Source of the DNA: Tubulanus polymorphus
Lineage: Eukaryota; Animalia; Nemertea
Direction: 5' to 3'
Assembly: GCF_964204645.1 (NCBI RefSeq)
Contig: NC_134027.1
Coordinates: forward strand, 992,001-1,056,000
DNA length: 64,000 nucleotides
The notes under the pieces are model-generated. The model worked only from the letters and a program-made list of their open reading frames with translations. It was not told the origin of the DNA and did no database searches. The number at the start of each line of letters is the position of its first letter. The stretch's first letter is position 1. Shown in pieces: positions 1 through 18,809 of the stretch. The position numbers and the translations under genes were made by a program.

Positions 1-2670
1 CTCTACACGCTCTGGCTGCTCAGTAACCGCCATCTCTTTACTCTTCTTCGAAGTAGATCCTCTTTTTTCCGATAAACAAGCGTTCGATTTCAATGCCTGC
101 TTTTTCAACTTTTTTAATAAATCAGTTTTTTTCACTTTCTTCTTTTTAGCGACCTTTTCTTTCCTACAACCGGTTGTTGATTTATGCCCTTTTTTTCTCC
201 CCGAACTTGCTCGTTCTTTACCTGACTCTACACCTTGACTATCGACCTCTTTGGAAGAAGAACTAACTAGACTAGCATCAGAAAAATCATCAGATTCTGA
301 GATTGAATCACACGGGGTAGAGGCCCGACTTGATGTCTGCTCACGGGAACCAGAAGGTGGAGTCAGTCCATCCTTGCAGGAGCCAGACAGTTGAGCTGGT
401 CTGTCTTTGTAGGAATTAGAAGGCAGACTTGGTTTGTCTTCACAAGAGTCACCAGGTTGACTTGGTTTGTCCTCACAGGGCTCAGAAAGTTGAGTTGGTC
501 TCCCCTCACTTGACTCAGAAACTTGATTTGGTCTCCCCTCACAGGACTCAGAAAGTTGAGTTGGTCTCCCCTCACAGGGCTCAGAAAATTGATTTGGTCT
601 CCCCTCACAGGACTCAGAAAGTTGAGTTGGTCTCCCCTCACAGACCTTAGAAACTTGATTCGGTCTCCCCTCACAGGGCTCAGAAAGTTGAGTTGGTCTC
701 CCCTCACTGGATCCACCCTTACTGGAGTCAGGAGGCCGACTCGGTTCCTCCTGACAGAAGTCAGAAGGTAGAATAGGTGTTTTACTTTCTGACGTTAGAT
801 CATCTTGTGATTTATTTTCCGATAATGCAATATCAACAATATCTGCGCTGGTTGCATCTGCATCAGCCGCTGCCGCAGCATCCGCGTCAGCAGTAGTATT
901 TTCTGTTGGATCGGTGTGTTTATCGCTAGATGATAAATGGCACGGTGAGATTGTTTCAGCAGGAGACAATGAACTCGAGGAGGAGGTGGTGGCGATGTTG
1001 GCAGGATGGTGAGGAGAGCATCCGTCGTTGTCTATCGGGTCATCTTTCAATAGTGTTTTTTGTTGCACGCGATTAGTGAGAAGTTCTACATCAGGAGCGG
1101 CGACCGTTTTATTTAAATATGAGCGTGAATTAAGATATGATTGTGCACAGGCAGCAGTAACACTGGATTTAGATATATCAGACGATTGCGTAGATGATTT
1201 TAACGATATATCTAACAGAGTTATTTCACTAGCAGACGTTTGTTCATGCGCAGTTAACGTGATATTCGAGATTTGATGTCGTTCGACAGATATCGAACGA
1301 ACATCCGATATTTTACACAATCCGGAATCGCAACAATCGATACTCGGTCTACGAATTTGATGGACATCTCGCACGGACGAAGTCGGATTTGTTCGCACGG
1401 TTTCACGTAGTTCAGTGTTTCGTTGAATACTCGGTGGTTCGGTAAAATCATCGATGACTAAAACATCGGAATGTTCTCGCACCACTCTCGGCGGTGATAC
1501 AGTTTCAGTAAGCGCATTTTTTTCAGTTTTTTCAGAAGTTTGTCGAGGGCAAACCAAAAAATCTGATACACCGTTAGAACCTGACTCAGTGATAGAACCT
1601 GACAGAGCAACGGAACCTGACTCAACGGTAGAACCTGACAGAGTAACAGAACCCGGCTCAGTTGTAGAACCTGACATAGCAACAGAACCTGACTCAGCGG
1701 TAGAACCTGACATAGCGGTAGAACCAGCAACAGATGATTGACGGGTATCTGTATTTACACTAGTTACATTCTCTGCTGTAGGTGGCACCACTGTTTCTTC
1801 TTCATTTGCTGTCAACTCGAGTATTGCAGTTGGCACCTGTTTTGTAGGTGGTAGCACTATCACTTCATCTGCTGCTGTAGATGGCAGCACAATGACCTTA
1901 TCCGCTGTAGGGGGCACCTGTGTTGTAAGTGGCAGCACGATCTTCTCATCTGCTGAACGGTCAACCTGTGTTGTTGTAGGGGGCAACATCACAGCATCCC
2001 CTGCTGAAGGGGGCGCCTGTGTTGTTGTAGGTGGCAGCACTATGATGTCGTCTGCTGAAGTGGGCACCTGTGTTGTTGTAGGTGGCAGCACTATGATGTC
2101 ATCTGTTGCAGGGGGCGCCTGTATTGTTGTGGATGGCAGCATAATGATGTCGTCTGTCGCAGGGGGCGCCCGTGTTGTTATAGATGGCAGCACTGTGATG
2201 TCATCCGTTGCAGGGGGCGCCTGTGTTGTTGTAGGTGGCAGCACTATGATGTCATCTGTTGCAGGGGGTGCCTGTGTTGTTGTAGGTGGCAGCACTACGA
2301 TAAGGTCATCGGAATCGTCACTCAAGGTTAAATCGATGGTGTTATTTTCCGTCGATCGTTTATTTCCGCGATTCGACGACAGACGACGACGTTTATTATT
2401 GACACGGTCGTCGTCGGTTACGAACGCGAACCCGTGACCTTGACCTACGTGTAATTCTAACTGCGCGTAATCGGCGTTGATTTCGTCGCAGAATGGACAC
2501 GGATATTCCAGATTACAATTATGACTGTCGTCCATGTGGATTTCTAACAATGCGGGACACGGTGATTTATGTTGACACTCGGGACACCTGTAAAACCCCA
2601 TAATGTGATCCTCTCCGCATTCATCACACGTTCCTTTCAGGATTTTCTTCCTTTTCCGTGAAGACATCAT
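1..2670 (-). CDS. Large nuclear C2H2 zinc-finger / low-complexity protein, 5' part (single exon of >=890 codons, runs off the window edge)
   Basis: ATG at 2670 just after an acceptor (ttttcag, exon starts 2683); hand translation found no stop down to base 1 (absent from the ORF track because it has no stop in the window). MMSSRKRKKILKGTCDECGEDH..., C2H2 motifs CPECQHKSPCPALLEIHMDDSH and CPFCDEINADYAQLELHVGQGH, basic NLS-like RKRKK and KRRR, then Ser/Thr/Pro-rich repeats. Confidence 0.8.
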   Translation of the reverse strand, partial: MMSSRKRKKILKGTCDECGEDHIMGFYRCPECQHKSPCPALLEIHMDDSHNCNLEYPCPFCDEINADYAQLELHVGQGHGFAFVTDDDRVNNKRRRLSSNRGNKRSTENNTIDLTLSDDSDDLIVVLPPTTTQAPPATDDIIVLPPTTTQAPPATDDITVLPSITTRAPPATDDIIMLPSTTIQAPPATDDIIVLPPTTTQVPTSADDIIVLPPTTTQAPPSAGDAVMLPPTTTQVDRSADEKIVLPLTTQVPPTADKVIVLPSTAADEVIVLPPTKQVPTAILELTANEEETVVPPTAENVTSVNTDTRQSSVAGSTAMSGSTAESGSVAMSGSTTEPGSVTLSGSTVESGSVALSGSITESGSNGVSDFLVCPRQTSEKTEKNALTETVSPPRVVREHSDVLVIDDFTEPPSIQRNTELRETVRTNPTSSVRDVHQIRRPSIDCCDSGLCKISDVRSISVERHQISNITLTAHEQTSASEITLLDISLKSSTQSSDISKSSVTAACAQSYLNSRSYLNKTVAAPDVELLTNRVQQKTLLKDDPIDNDGCSPHHPANIATTSSSSSLSPAETISPCHLSSSDKHTDPTENTTADADAAAAADADATSADIVDIALSENKSQDDLTSESKTPILPSDFCQEEPSRPPDSSKGGSSEGRPTQLSEPCEGRPNQVSKVCEGRPTQLSESCEGRPNQFSEPCEGRPTQLSESCEGRPNQVSESSEGRPTQLSEPCEDKPSQPGDSCEDKPSLPSNSYKDRPAQLSGSCKDGLTPPSGSREQTSSRASTPCDSISESDDFSDASLVSSSSKEVDSQGVESGKERASSGRKKGHKSTTGCRKEKVAKKKKVKKTDLLKKLKKQALKSNACLSEKRGSTSKKSKEMAVTEQPERVE
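430..720 (-). repeat. Coding minisatellite, 33-bp unit (EGRPTQLSEPC-like), about 8-9 copies
   Basis: Repeated tcagaaagttgagttggtctcccctcacaggg; 11-aa periodicity in overlapping frames. Confidence 0.9.
1575..1730 (-). repeat. Coding minisatellite, 18-bp unit (SGSTAE/SGSVAM-like)
   Basis: Repeated gaacctgac every 18 bp. Confidence 0.85.
1840..2310 (-). repeat. Coding minisatellite, 51-bp unit (DDIIVLPPTTTQAPPAT), about 9-10 copies
   Basis: Repeated cctgtgttgttgtaggtggcagcactatgatgtc; 17-aa period. Confidence 0.9.
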
Positions 2671-3719
2671 ATTCTCGGTCAATCTGAAAATACATTTATA
2701 CATTATACAAATACTCTACCAGACAGGATCCTACCCGGGGCAGGGACTCGAGCCTGACTGAGACTTGATCGCCACGGTTCTGTCACACTAGCCCCGGTGC
2801 ACAGCTTAGATGATGTAATTATTAGCCAATCAGAAATCCTGTTTGATTTTAGCCTGGATTTTTCCATTAAAATTTTATCTATGAAGTTTGCCTCAGCGCG
2901 ATTTTACAACGGGCAATCTGATTGGTGCAGCAAGTTTTCTTGCAGAAAACCAGCGCAATGTGGCAGGGTTTTATAATACCGTGGCTAAGACAAGTGTAAC
3001 GATGCCATCAGGTTTGGATCCCTGCTGGAGTTGGATGAAAAGATGTGTGCGTCCAGGATCACTGACAGCAGTCACTGACTGATGTTATTCTCCACCAGAC
3101 ATCGGCTTAAATAGCTTCATCACCGGGACTTTCCAAACCGACCTCTCACTTCAGCACCTTATCCTCTGAGCCATGAACACAGAAGAGGATTACCGAGTTA
3201 TAGTTGTCGCCCCCTTAATAATCAGCCCCAGGGGTGCTGTCTGTGTTAATGCGAAATTAACATTCTTAGACTTTAGACAATAATATTAATAAACCATTTG
3301 GAATATAACTGAATTTATGATTGTATTGAATTGCGAGGATATAAATACAGTGATTTCTAGATAATTTTCGGGTCTGGCACCGGATTTTTACCTGTAGAAT
3401 TTTAGAACTGATTCTAATCTACTGATCCGTGGTGGTTATTATCGCAATCATTGAGTGTTTGAATAAATCACGGCCATAAAAACATTCCATGGCTATAAAT
3501 CAAAATATAAAATCATCTCCACAATCGGCGCGACAAAAACCTCACATCCTGGACATTCAATATCAACCGATTTCATCACAAATTAATGAAAACAATCAAT
3601 TTCGATGATAAAGAGAATTTTAAAAGTCTTTGAGTTTCCATTTCAATGTTATTTTTGGGGAGATTTTTTCTGATCAATTTTCCATGAGTTGAAGTTTCTA
3701 CGCGACATTAGGATTCAAG

Positions 3720-4846
3720 ATGGCCGCTGTTTTGAAGACGGTGAGAATTTTAATTTTCTCGATTATTTGATGTAATTTGCTGGGGTTTGTTACGCGTAAA
3801 TGATATCGATCATGGGTTTCCTCTGTAGATTTAACGTTTTCCCTGATAATACAGTGTTTTTGATGGTGAGACATGACCCAGCAATGGAACGTTTCATGTT
3901 CAAAATCGGGATGTCATGTCAGTCTTTGCCTTTTTGGGCTGGCATTGGCAATTCACATCAATATATTTTATTGAGACCAGAGATTCGGGAATCAATGAAT
4001 CATGGTTTGTTCGTCCGGTTATTAGCTCAATGAAAATGTTTTCAATCAATTATGATTTCAGACGACTGGTCTTACCGGTTTGGCTGTTGCCAAAAATCCA
4101 CAAAATGTAAGCAATTAGTCTGGTGGAATTCACTCGGTTGGACTGAACTGTGAAGATTTTTGAATGTTTGATAATAATTAGTCTCTTTTTATATATTTCA
4201 GACATTAAGGATTTTATACGATAAGATTCTGAGAACTTTGGACAAAATGCCGAAAGACGCAGGTTACAGAAAACGCACACAGATCGTAGTGAATGAGAGG
4301 CTGCAGGCCGTTAAATCAGTTAGTATTCAAATATTCAAATTGTTTACTGATTGATTGATAGAATTGCCTAAATTGCGATGTTTAATAATTATTCAATTAT
4401 TCGACAAAGATTTTTATTAAAAAGTTTCTCTGTCGCCCCGTAAAGTGTGTCAATCCTCATTTTGAACTCATTAATATCTTGTTGTTTTTTTTTAAGGAAC
4501 CGACTGTCGAAAAGTTAGAAAAAAAACTGAACGCAGGTCAAATAGAAGAAGTGATCTTACAGGTATATGATATAGTTGACGACTTAACCATTATTTACAC
4601 TTAGTATCTTAGATTAGACTTACGAATCGGGAATCAGGAATCAAAAACAGAGACGAGCCCTGTAATGTGACAATGCTTATATTCAATGAGTTTGAAAATG
4701 GAATCAAAAGATTTTTACTTAAATTCTATTCGATGTTTTTCTAGGCTGAGCGAGAGTTACTGCTATCTAGGAAAATGTTAGAATGGAAAGCTTGGGAACC
4801 GTTACAAACCCATCCACCGGCTAATCAATGGAAATGGCCGATGTAA
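3720..4846 (+). CDS. NDUFA5: NADH dehydrogenase [ubiquinone] 1 alpha subcomplex subunit 5; exons 3720-3740, 4062-4106, 4202-4318, 4497-4562, 4745-4846
   Basis: GT-AG spliced translation [116 protein letters not shown] matches NDUFA5 hallmarks (TTGLxGLAV, GQxEEVIxQAE, WEPL, QWKWP). AATAAA at 4953. Confidence 0.97.
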
Positions 4847-6110
4847 GGAGATAATCCTCTCAATCTGATTATAGATAATCCTTTAATTCGTTGTCTAGCA
4901 GCAGCAGTGTTTGTCGTGCATGATTTAGAAGTTTGTTGATAATTTTTAGAGTAATAAACACCATCAAAATATTATAATTATTTACACAGATATTTTGTTG
5001 TCCATCAATGAATTTGTGTCGGAGATCAATGAATCAAGATCAAGAGGTTTCATCTTAATCACTGCGGATTCTTAAGCTACATCCACACTAGACTGTCGGT
5101 CGTTTCTTTAGTTGATCTGTGCATTGAATTTCAATTCTTTATGATCTTGCAGTACTAAAATCCTGTGAGAAATCCGAGACTTGTAACGGGTGATGAAATC
5201 CTTTTTAGTTCAAGAACTAATTCATTTTACCCTGAAGAAAAACCGTTAATGTTCTAAAAGCAATAACTAAATCACTATTATATTCAACATGTCCATTTAT
5301 TCAACCCATAAGACATATACATATAATAAACATAAGCACATCACTAACAATTCTTACACAGCACAGTATAATTTTATTAAACAGCATTTTAACCCTTTGG
5401 GTTTTCAATATCTGAAAATAGGTCTGCTTCCCTTAATACGTTTTAGGTAGATACCGAAACTAAAAAAATTTCTTTGATTATCAATTAAACCAATCATTAT
5501 CAGCCCTTGCACAATTAGTCCTAGGATTATATCCTTATTATACATCTACGTTCGATTTATATTACCGTAAATTTAATACAAGGTGCCCTCTTAGTTTCAG
5601 TACAAATATCAAATAATTTTTATAATACTTTAATATAGTTCTATATAGAACAACCAAACCCTGCGAAAGCATTTTCAATAAATACAGAAAACCTGCATAA
5701 TTGAAACAATCATCATGTCACCGGCTTATGATTGGAAATTAGAAATCAGTACCGAATTAGAAATACAAATTGGGATTCAAACATAGAGGTGACTTCAGAA
5801 ATGGGATGACAAATGTTGACTTACACGAATTTGGAGTCAAAAACTAAGATGACTTCAGATTACAACCATACAAAGTTTAACAATACAGGATCCTTACAAA
5901 TCGCAGAATCAGTCGGTCCTGTTTCTAATAATATCATGAGGTTCCTCGAAACAACTCATCATTGACAAGAACAACAAGACACCGATGAAAAAATAAATCC
6001 AGAACTGCCTGAGCTGTAAATCCTCCCCCCCGGTTTCACAGTTCTGAATTAAACTCATCGAAAATCAAAGTCAATGTTACTCACAACTGGGGGTCATTCA
6101 TTAAGTCTTA

Positions 6111-6289
6111 GGGATCATTCATGTATTACGTACGCATTAGGGGAGGGGGGAAGGGTCAGTGCAATTGCGTACTGTAGTGCTTAATGTAGGCTATACGAAA
6201 AAATGGTCGATTTTGGTTACAAGGGGAGGGGGGGTTTAAAAATTCAAATTTTATGCGTACGTAATGAATTGATAAATAAATGATCCCCT
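6111..6289. mobile_element. MITE-like element with terminal inverted repeats
   Basis: gggatcattcatgtattacgtacgcat at left; atgcgtacgtaatg...aatgatcccc at right. Confidence 0.6.
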
Positions 6290-6334
6290 GTGGAACTGGT
6301 TCCTGGTTAAGTATAATATTATTTAGATATTTCA

Positions 6335-8813
6335 CTAGTTTAGTTTTTTGGTGGGTGTTTTCAAGAATCCGATACGTCTGAGATATCTGACTATAAACGG
6401 TGTTGAGGTTAGAGTGATCGCTATTCGTACTGGAGCGAATACTTTATGAACAGCGTACGCTACGAGGAACGTACTCGCTCCGGCTGCTAGTTTAGACTCC
6501 AGAAACGACTGACCAACTCCGAGTTGAGCGAGGATTCCGACTACATCTACACCGCTGAAATATAATCAAAACATAACACAATATTTAAATAATACTCATT
6601 TGAAATGACATCAAAAACCTATAGTATATCATCCCTGGGAATATTTTGAAGACCCAGTCACACTAAGTTCTAGAACCAGTTCCAGAGGTCTTGAGCCAGC
6701 TCCCTGGACCCAGTCACACTAAGTTCTGGAACCAGTTCCAGAGGTCTTGAGCCAGCTCCCTGGACCCAGTCACACTAAGTTCTGGAACCAGTTCCAGAGG
6801 TCTTGAGCCAGCTCCCTGGACCCAGTCACACTAAGTTCTGGAACCAGTTCCAGAGGTCTTGAGCCAGCTCCCTGGACCCAGTCACACTAAGTTCTGGAAC
6901 CAGTTCCAGAGGTCTTGAGCCAGCTCCCTGGACCCAGTCACACTAAGTTCTGGAACCAGTTCCAGAGGTCTTGAGCCAGCTCCCTGGACCCAGTCACATT
7001 AAGTTCTGGAACCAGTTCCAGAGGTCTTGAGCCAGCTCCCTGGATCTGAAGTGAATTCATCAGTTCTGGAACCAGTACAGTCGATGGTTAAATTTAACTC
7101 ACAACTTTGAAAATGCGCTGATTTTTAACTGGAGAACCTGTGGAACTGTTGTATGGGTCTTTAAGTGAACAACTGCTTATACCGGGGAGTGGAGATTATG
7201 CTGTGAGGAGGGGGCACGAGTGGAGATTATGCCAGAAGAGGGGCATGAGTGGAGATAATGCTGTGGAGAGGGGAGGGGCTTGAGTGGAGATAATGCTGTG
7301 GAGAGGGGAGGGGCGTGAGTGGAGATAATGCTGTGGAGAGGGGAGGGGCGTGAGTGGAGATAATGCTGTGGAGAGGGGAGGGGCGTGAGTGGAGATAATG
7401 CTGTGGAGAGGGGAGGGGCGTGAGTGGAGATAATGCTGTGGAGAGGGGAGGGGCGTGAGTGGAGATAATGCTGTGGAGAGGGGAGGGGCGTGAGTGGAGA
7501 TAATGCTGTGGAGAGGGGAGGGGCGTGAGTGGAGATAATGCTGTGGAGAGGGGAGGGGCGTGAGTGGAGATAATGCTGTGGAGAGGGGAGGGGCGTGAGT
7601 GGAGATAATGCTGTGGAGAGGGGAGGGGCGTGAATGGAGGAGGGGCATTGTCTCACCTGTAAACTAAACCATAGAAACCTCCAAGAGACATTAACGAAAT
7701 TCCAACATGGAAAACAACGACAGTCGAACCGTAATCTTTAATCGCTCGCTGTAACTTCTGTCGTTGAGACAACGTTGTCACCTCTTCACTTTCTTCCTTC
7801 TTCACCTCTTCAGTTTTCCTCTTCATTTTGAACTCTTCAGCCGCTTGCCTGATCTCGTCGTCTTGGTGTTCGAACAGCTGAGCGAGAGTCTTCTTACCGC
7901 TCTGATAATCGTCCAGTAACTGATCACAACTCGAGAATCCGAAACGATTACAATTCTGCAGCCAGATTTTAAACAATTCCGGGCTGTCACCTTGGATACC
8001 TTGCGGAGAGAGGGTTACTTTACCGTGGCGTCGTAAACTGACGAGGTTATCACCCATCTGACCTCCCTGTAAACCCTGAACCGACGTATCGGATAATGCC
8101 TGCTGATAATACCCCGCGACGACCTTCAACTCTTTCTCTTGAGCGTCGAATAACTCTTTCAAGGTCGTGCGGCCCTCACGTAGATTCGCGATAGCTTCGT
8201 CGCATTTCGATAAACCGAGATTTTCGCACGTTTTTAGCCAGACGCGGAATTCCTCGGTTTCAGTCGCCGCAGCCTGCTCCACACTCGTCACGCTCTTCCT
8301 GTTCCATGCCGATGTCGAGTATTTTCGATACGGATGGTTGGAGGTCTGATTTTCGGCGACGTATTTTTGCGATTGGTTTGTGCCACCCCCGGGCATGTTT
8401 AGATGAGTAGGTGCCGTGCTGTCCGGCTGGTATGGTTCCGGTACCTGACTCTGCATACAGCTATGTAAACTTATCCCTTGAGTTTGTAGATTATAAGCTT
8501 CAGCCTCGGAACTTTCTTCCGGCGTCATCGTCGCGGTTTCGTCGACTCCGGCGCCATCTGTCGAGGATTCCTCACGTTCAGCGATGTCGTTTTGAATTTC
8601 TTTTGCTCGGTCGGAGGCGAAAGCGTGTTCACCCTGAAACCCTTCGATATCTGAAGTGGTTTTTTCGCTGTGGTACAAGAACCCAGTTGTCGTATACCGT
8701 AGAATCTGTTGTTGTTGTTGTTGTTGGTTCTGTTTACAAGAAGTGACACCACAAAAAACGACCCTTCTCAACATCGGAGCCGTCAAACTCATCGTTACAC
8801 GATTTACCATCAT
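6335..8813 (-). CDS. FAM210B: FAM210B-like (DUF1279) mitochondrial membrane protein with long N-terminal extension; exons 8813-7657 and 6554-6335
   Basis: C-terminal LSQRQKLQRAIKDYGSTVVVFHVGISLMSLGGFYGLVYS|GVDVVGILAQLG...AAGASTFLVAYAVHKVFAPVRIAITLTSTPFIVRYLRRIG is the DUF1279/FAM210B pattern. Phase-consistent donor (7656) and acceptor (6555). Arg-rich, acid-free N-terminus resembles a mitochondrial presequence. Start taken as ATG 8813. Confidence 0.9.
6651..7042. repeat. Intronic minisatellite, 56-bp unit x7
   Basis: gacccagtcacactaagttctggaaccagttccagaggtcttgagccagctccctg, near-perfect copies. Confidence 0.97.
7186..7647. repeat. G-rich intronic minisatellite, 35-bp unit, about 13 copies
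   Basis: gagtggagataatgctgtggagaggggaggggcgt repeated up to the exon 1 splice donor. Confidence 0.97.
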
Positions 8814-9466
8814 TTTCCTGGCAAACTGGACGAGTGAAAATATAGTGACAGTCCCCACTCAGTAGTCCAAGGTTGCGTAACATGTATCATTCACGTGGAA
8901 AAACTATGACTGTGTTGACAATTTTTGTGGAACGCTACAAAACAAACTTAGAAATGGAATCGCGAATCTTCTGTGTGGAAATAATTGTTTTATTTTTACA
9001 GTATTTCATAGAAAACATGACAATTTTAACTTGATTCAGCTGATTATTTATGTTCAACTCAGTACTATTGCGATGAATAGTTTTTCATTAACTGAAAATC
9101 GAACTATTCCATACCATCGTTTCAACGATCTTGTAGCACTTTTATAAACCAATTAGGCTGCTGTCAATCAAAGCTTCGATCGTCGGACTCTACCGGAGAA
9201 CACCGAGCACTAACAAACTACCCATTTAATTTGGCTTTATCACCATTTCAATTTAATCACGATTATTAGCTAAATTAAACACTCAGAATAATTGAAAATT
9301 TATTCTAAGAGAACTGGAGCGCGTGTCATCAGAAATTGCCGAGCGCATCGGGTATACGCACTTTCCCGTGACGTAGTTCACATTTCCTGTTTCTAGATTT
9401 AGTCATAATTTTTGCAATACGCGCAATACACCTGAATTAATTGATTTATTTGTGAGAATTTCGAGG
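8814..9466. promoter_or_regulatory. Probable bidirectional promoter between FAM210B-like and MAPKAPK2
   Basis: Divergent ATGs about 650 bp apart; CRE-like gtgacgta (9368), E-box cacgtg (8893), ETS-like ttcctg (9384). Confidence 0.55.
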
Positions 9467-15955
<6,489 letters not shown>

Positions 15956-16997
15956 AGAAAAAAAAACCATGAAATTTAAAGTTTCGGAACGTGAGAGGTG
16001 TTTAATGCGAGCAGCTGGTTTGTATTTACGATGACTGGTACCTGTAGTAGCTGCTGCAGCTGCGTGGATGACACAACAACAAAAATTATATCTATAATCA
16101 TTCATTCATTTACCCTTGAGGAAGTTTTTGAATCATCGGCTTGAAACATGAAAATTATGTCAAATCATGTCTAAATTATGTCAAATTCGCTTTTATATTT
16201 AAAATATACCATGTATTACGTATAATAGCTAAGACACAAATCAGCCAAAATTAGTGACAAATCTATGGTATTTATTATTATAAATGAAATAGTCACATCC
16301 AGTAGAGCCCTACCCCTGGGATACTGAACCATTAGAGAGCCCTACCCCTGGGATGTTGAACCAGTGTAGACCGTACCCCTGGGATGCTGGACCAGTAGAG
16401 ACCGTACACCCTCCCGGGATCCTGGATGGATGATTCGATTTTCATCCGTGCCATCAGAATGTTTATAAATCGCTGAATGTTTTCATTGTTTTTTCTAATG
16501 TTAGCTGTTTATAACTGTTTTGATTAGATCAGGGATATCAATTATAGCGTCTTGATTGATTGATACTGCTAGTCCACTTATCCCCTATACGAGTTCCGCG
16601 AGATTCTGCTAACTCTCGCCCCTCATGAGGTCCAGGGATTCTACTCGCCCTCATTCCTCACGAGGTCTAATCTTCGCGAGACTCAGTCACTGCCCGGGGA
16701 CCTGTTTTATAGACTCGGTAATGATTTCAACTCAGGGAACTTTTCAGATCTGTCGGTTCTCATCATTACCATGGTTTCTCATTGTTACCATGGTTACTCA
16801 TTGTTATACACGTGCTATGCTATCATTTTGATATTTTCTTCGATTTCAATTGCTGCGATTAGAATGCAGTCTATGGAACCGGTCCTGGTGCAGTAGCAGT
16901 GTATCGATGACACTAGGTTCTATGTGTCTGCCATACAGGACGAGTCTTGAATGTTGTTTGCAAAAAATATGTTAGACTGTTGACTCTTTTCCTGAAT

Positions 16998-17169
16998 ACA
17001 GTGGAGCCTTGTTGCGATGAACTTCAGGATTCAGTTGAAAATCTGGTTTCGGTTGTTTGACCTAATTGTGCAACTGGCCCCTGATGGTTCTAACTTGTAT
17101 AGAATTAGTTAGCACGAAATTCTAGGTTTGTAATAGCTGATGCATTGTTAAAACGAGGTTCCGCTGTAT
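16998..17169. mobile_element. Tc1/mariner-pogo-type MITE (TA ends), degenerate
   Basis: tacagtggagccttgttg ... aaaacgaggttccgctgta; shares gaaattctaggtttgtaat with the copy at 35858. Confidence 0.65.
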
Positions 17170-18809
17170 GTAAAAATACTAATCCCTTTTTGTTTATCGT
17201 CAATGCATGCAGTCATTTGGTATTCGGTGTTGTCAATAAGTATTTTAGGTTAAAGTATAAAATGTTTTTCATTTCTTAAGAAAAATGGAATAATTCCACT
17301 GATCTGTACCACCGAATTTAATTCCTCAAAAGGGAAAACGCTCGTGCAGTTGTTTAAGTAAAAGCAATATATTTTGTAAAACATGGATCCTTGCAATCTT
17401 TAACCAAAATTTCTGTAGTGCAAGAATTCCATTGAAGTTAGCAAAGTTGAACGGTTTCGTCTTCATGAATTATCTGTGAAAGTGGATCCCGATGATTTGA
17501 TGAGGCGTTAATTATGTAGTCAAAAAAAAAACTGTAATCTTGCATTTTATTTTTTATTTTCAATAATACTTTATCAGTTCTTTTTACTTAACATGATTAA
17601 ACCTTGTCATTTGTGGTTAGATATTTATGTGAAATATTTCCTCATGTTTGAAGATCATTTACATGATAATTCTGATAATAATTATAATGTTAGTTATAGT
17701 TATTACTATAATTATCAATTTCTCTCTATGTTAGTGATGTATTTTTATTATGGTATAAAAATATTACACTCTTTTCCGCATCTATTTGGCCATGTTTATT
17801 TTGCATAGTAAACTATTATCAGCATCATGTATCACTTTTGAATTCTATTGAAAGTTTTTGATACAGTTAACCACGCTCTCAAGTCAGAGCCCTAGAACTT
17901 TTCATCTCAAATACATGTATTTAGGTCCAAAATGATCAGACTTGAGCGGAGTCTAATGTACCATCCAACTCAAATATCACTCTTCAAGTCAAACAATTTT
18001 ATTCAGTCCAAAAAGGTTTGATTTGAGAAATGTGTTGAGGAATTTTTTGTGAACAGAGACCGAGGGGTGTAGCCTTTGCGGTGTGGCAAATGAAGTAGAG
18101 TTGAAAGAGTTTTCACTGAAATTCAACTAGATAAATGAAGGTGTGACCTTAGGGGATTATACTCCTAAATTACCATATTATAAACTGAATCCTGTCAATC
18201 AAACCATGTGCGCTATGTATTTATAGTAATCAAGACTCTTTGATATTTGTTGAAAAAAACTTTTATAAATGAAATATTTGTGCTTCGACAGAAATGCTGC
18301 AGATATGTTATGTTTTTACCTGTATATAGATAATTATAATAAATATAATGATAATGATAACAATAAACTTGATCATGATAATGTTCAAACTCGATTCTTG
18401 AGTCAGTTTTTATGGACTTTTCATTTTCGCGAAATCCATTTTGTTATCGCATATGAAACTTCCTTTGGTATAAAATAACTCCCGGACGAAGCTTAGTTTC
18501 TCTTCAGAACTTTCGAAACATTCGATGCAGTAATAAAATCTCCAACCCTATTGAATTTCATCGGAATGCATCGCTTATTTTCTTTAACCCATTTACTATC
18601 GATGGACAAGACAGAGAAGTAGGCTCTTGGACCCTTTCGTAGAAATGAAATATCTCATTTTTGTTTACAGATCTCGTCTTTCCAGAACGAAAAGATTTAA
18701 TGACATCCGATTTTTAAAAAGAACTACCAGTATATTTGTTTCCTTACAGTACGTGTGCAATGTACTACAAGACAATCTGTTTTGATCATGGACTAATAAT
18801 TTGACTAGA

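Noticed and set aside
363-2437. Short ORF-track entries on both strands
   Set aside because: Shadow frames of the long minus-strand exon and its coding repeats.
7177-7656. Pro/His/Ser-rich ORFs
   Set aside because: Read-through of the intronic 35-bp minisatellite.
16112-16155. Hammerhead-like ttgagga...gaaac in the MAPKAPK2 3' UTR
   Set aside because: No stem I or stem III support; likely chance.
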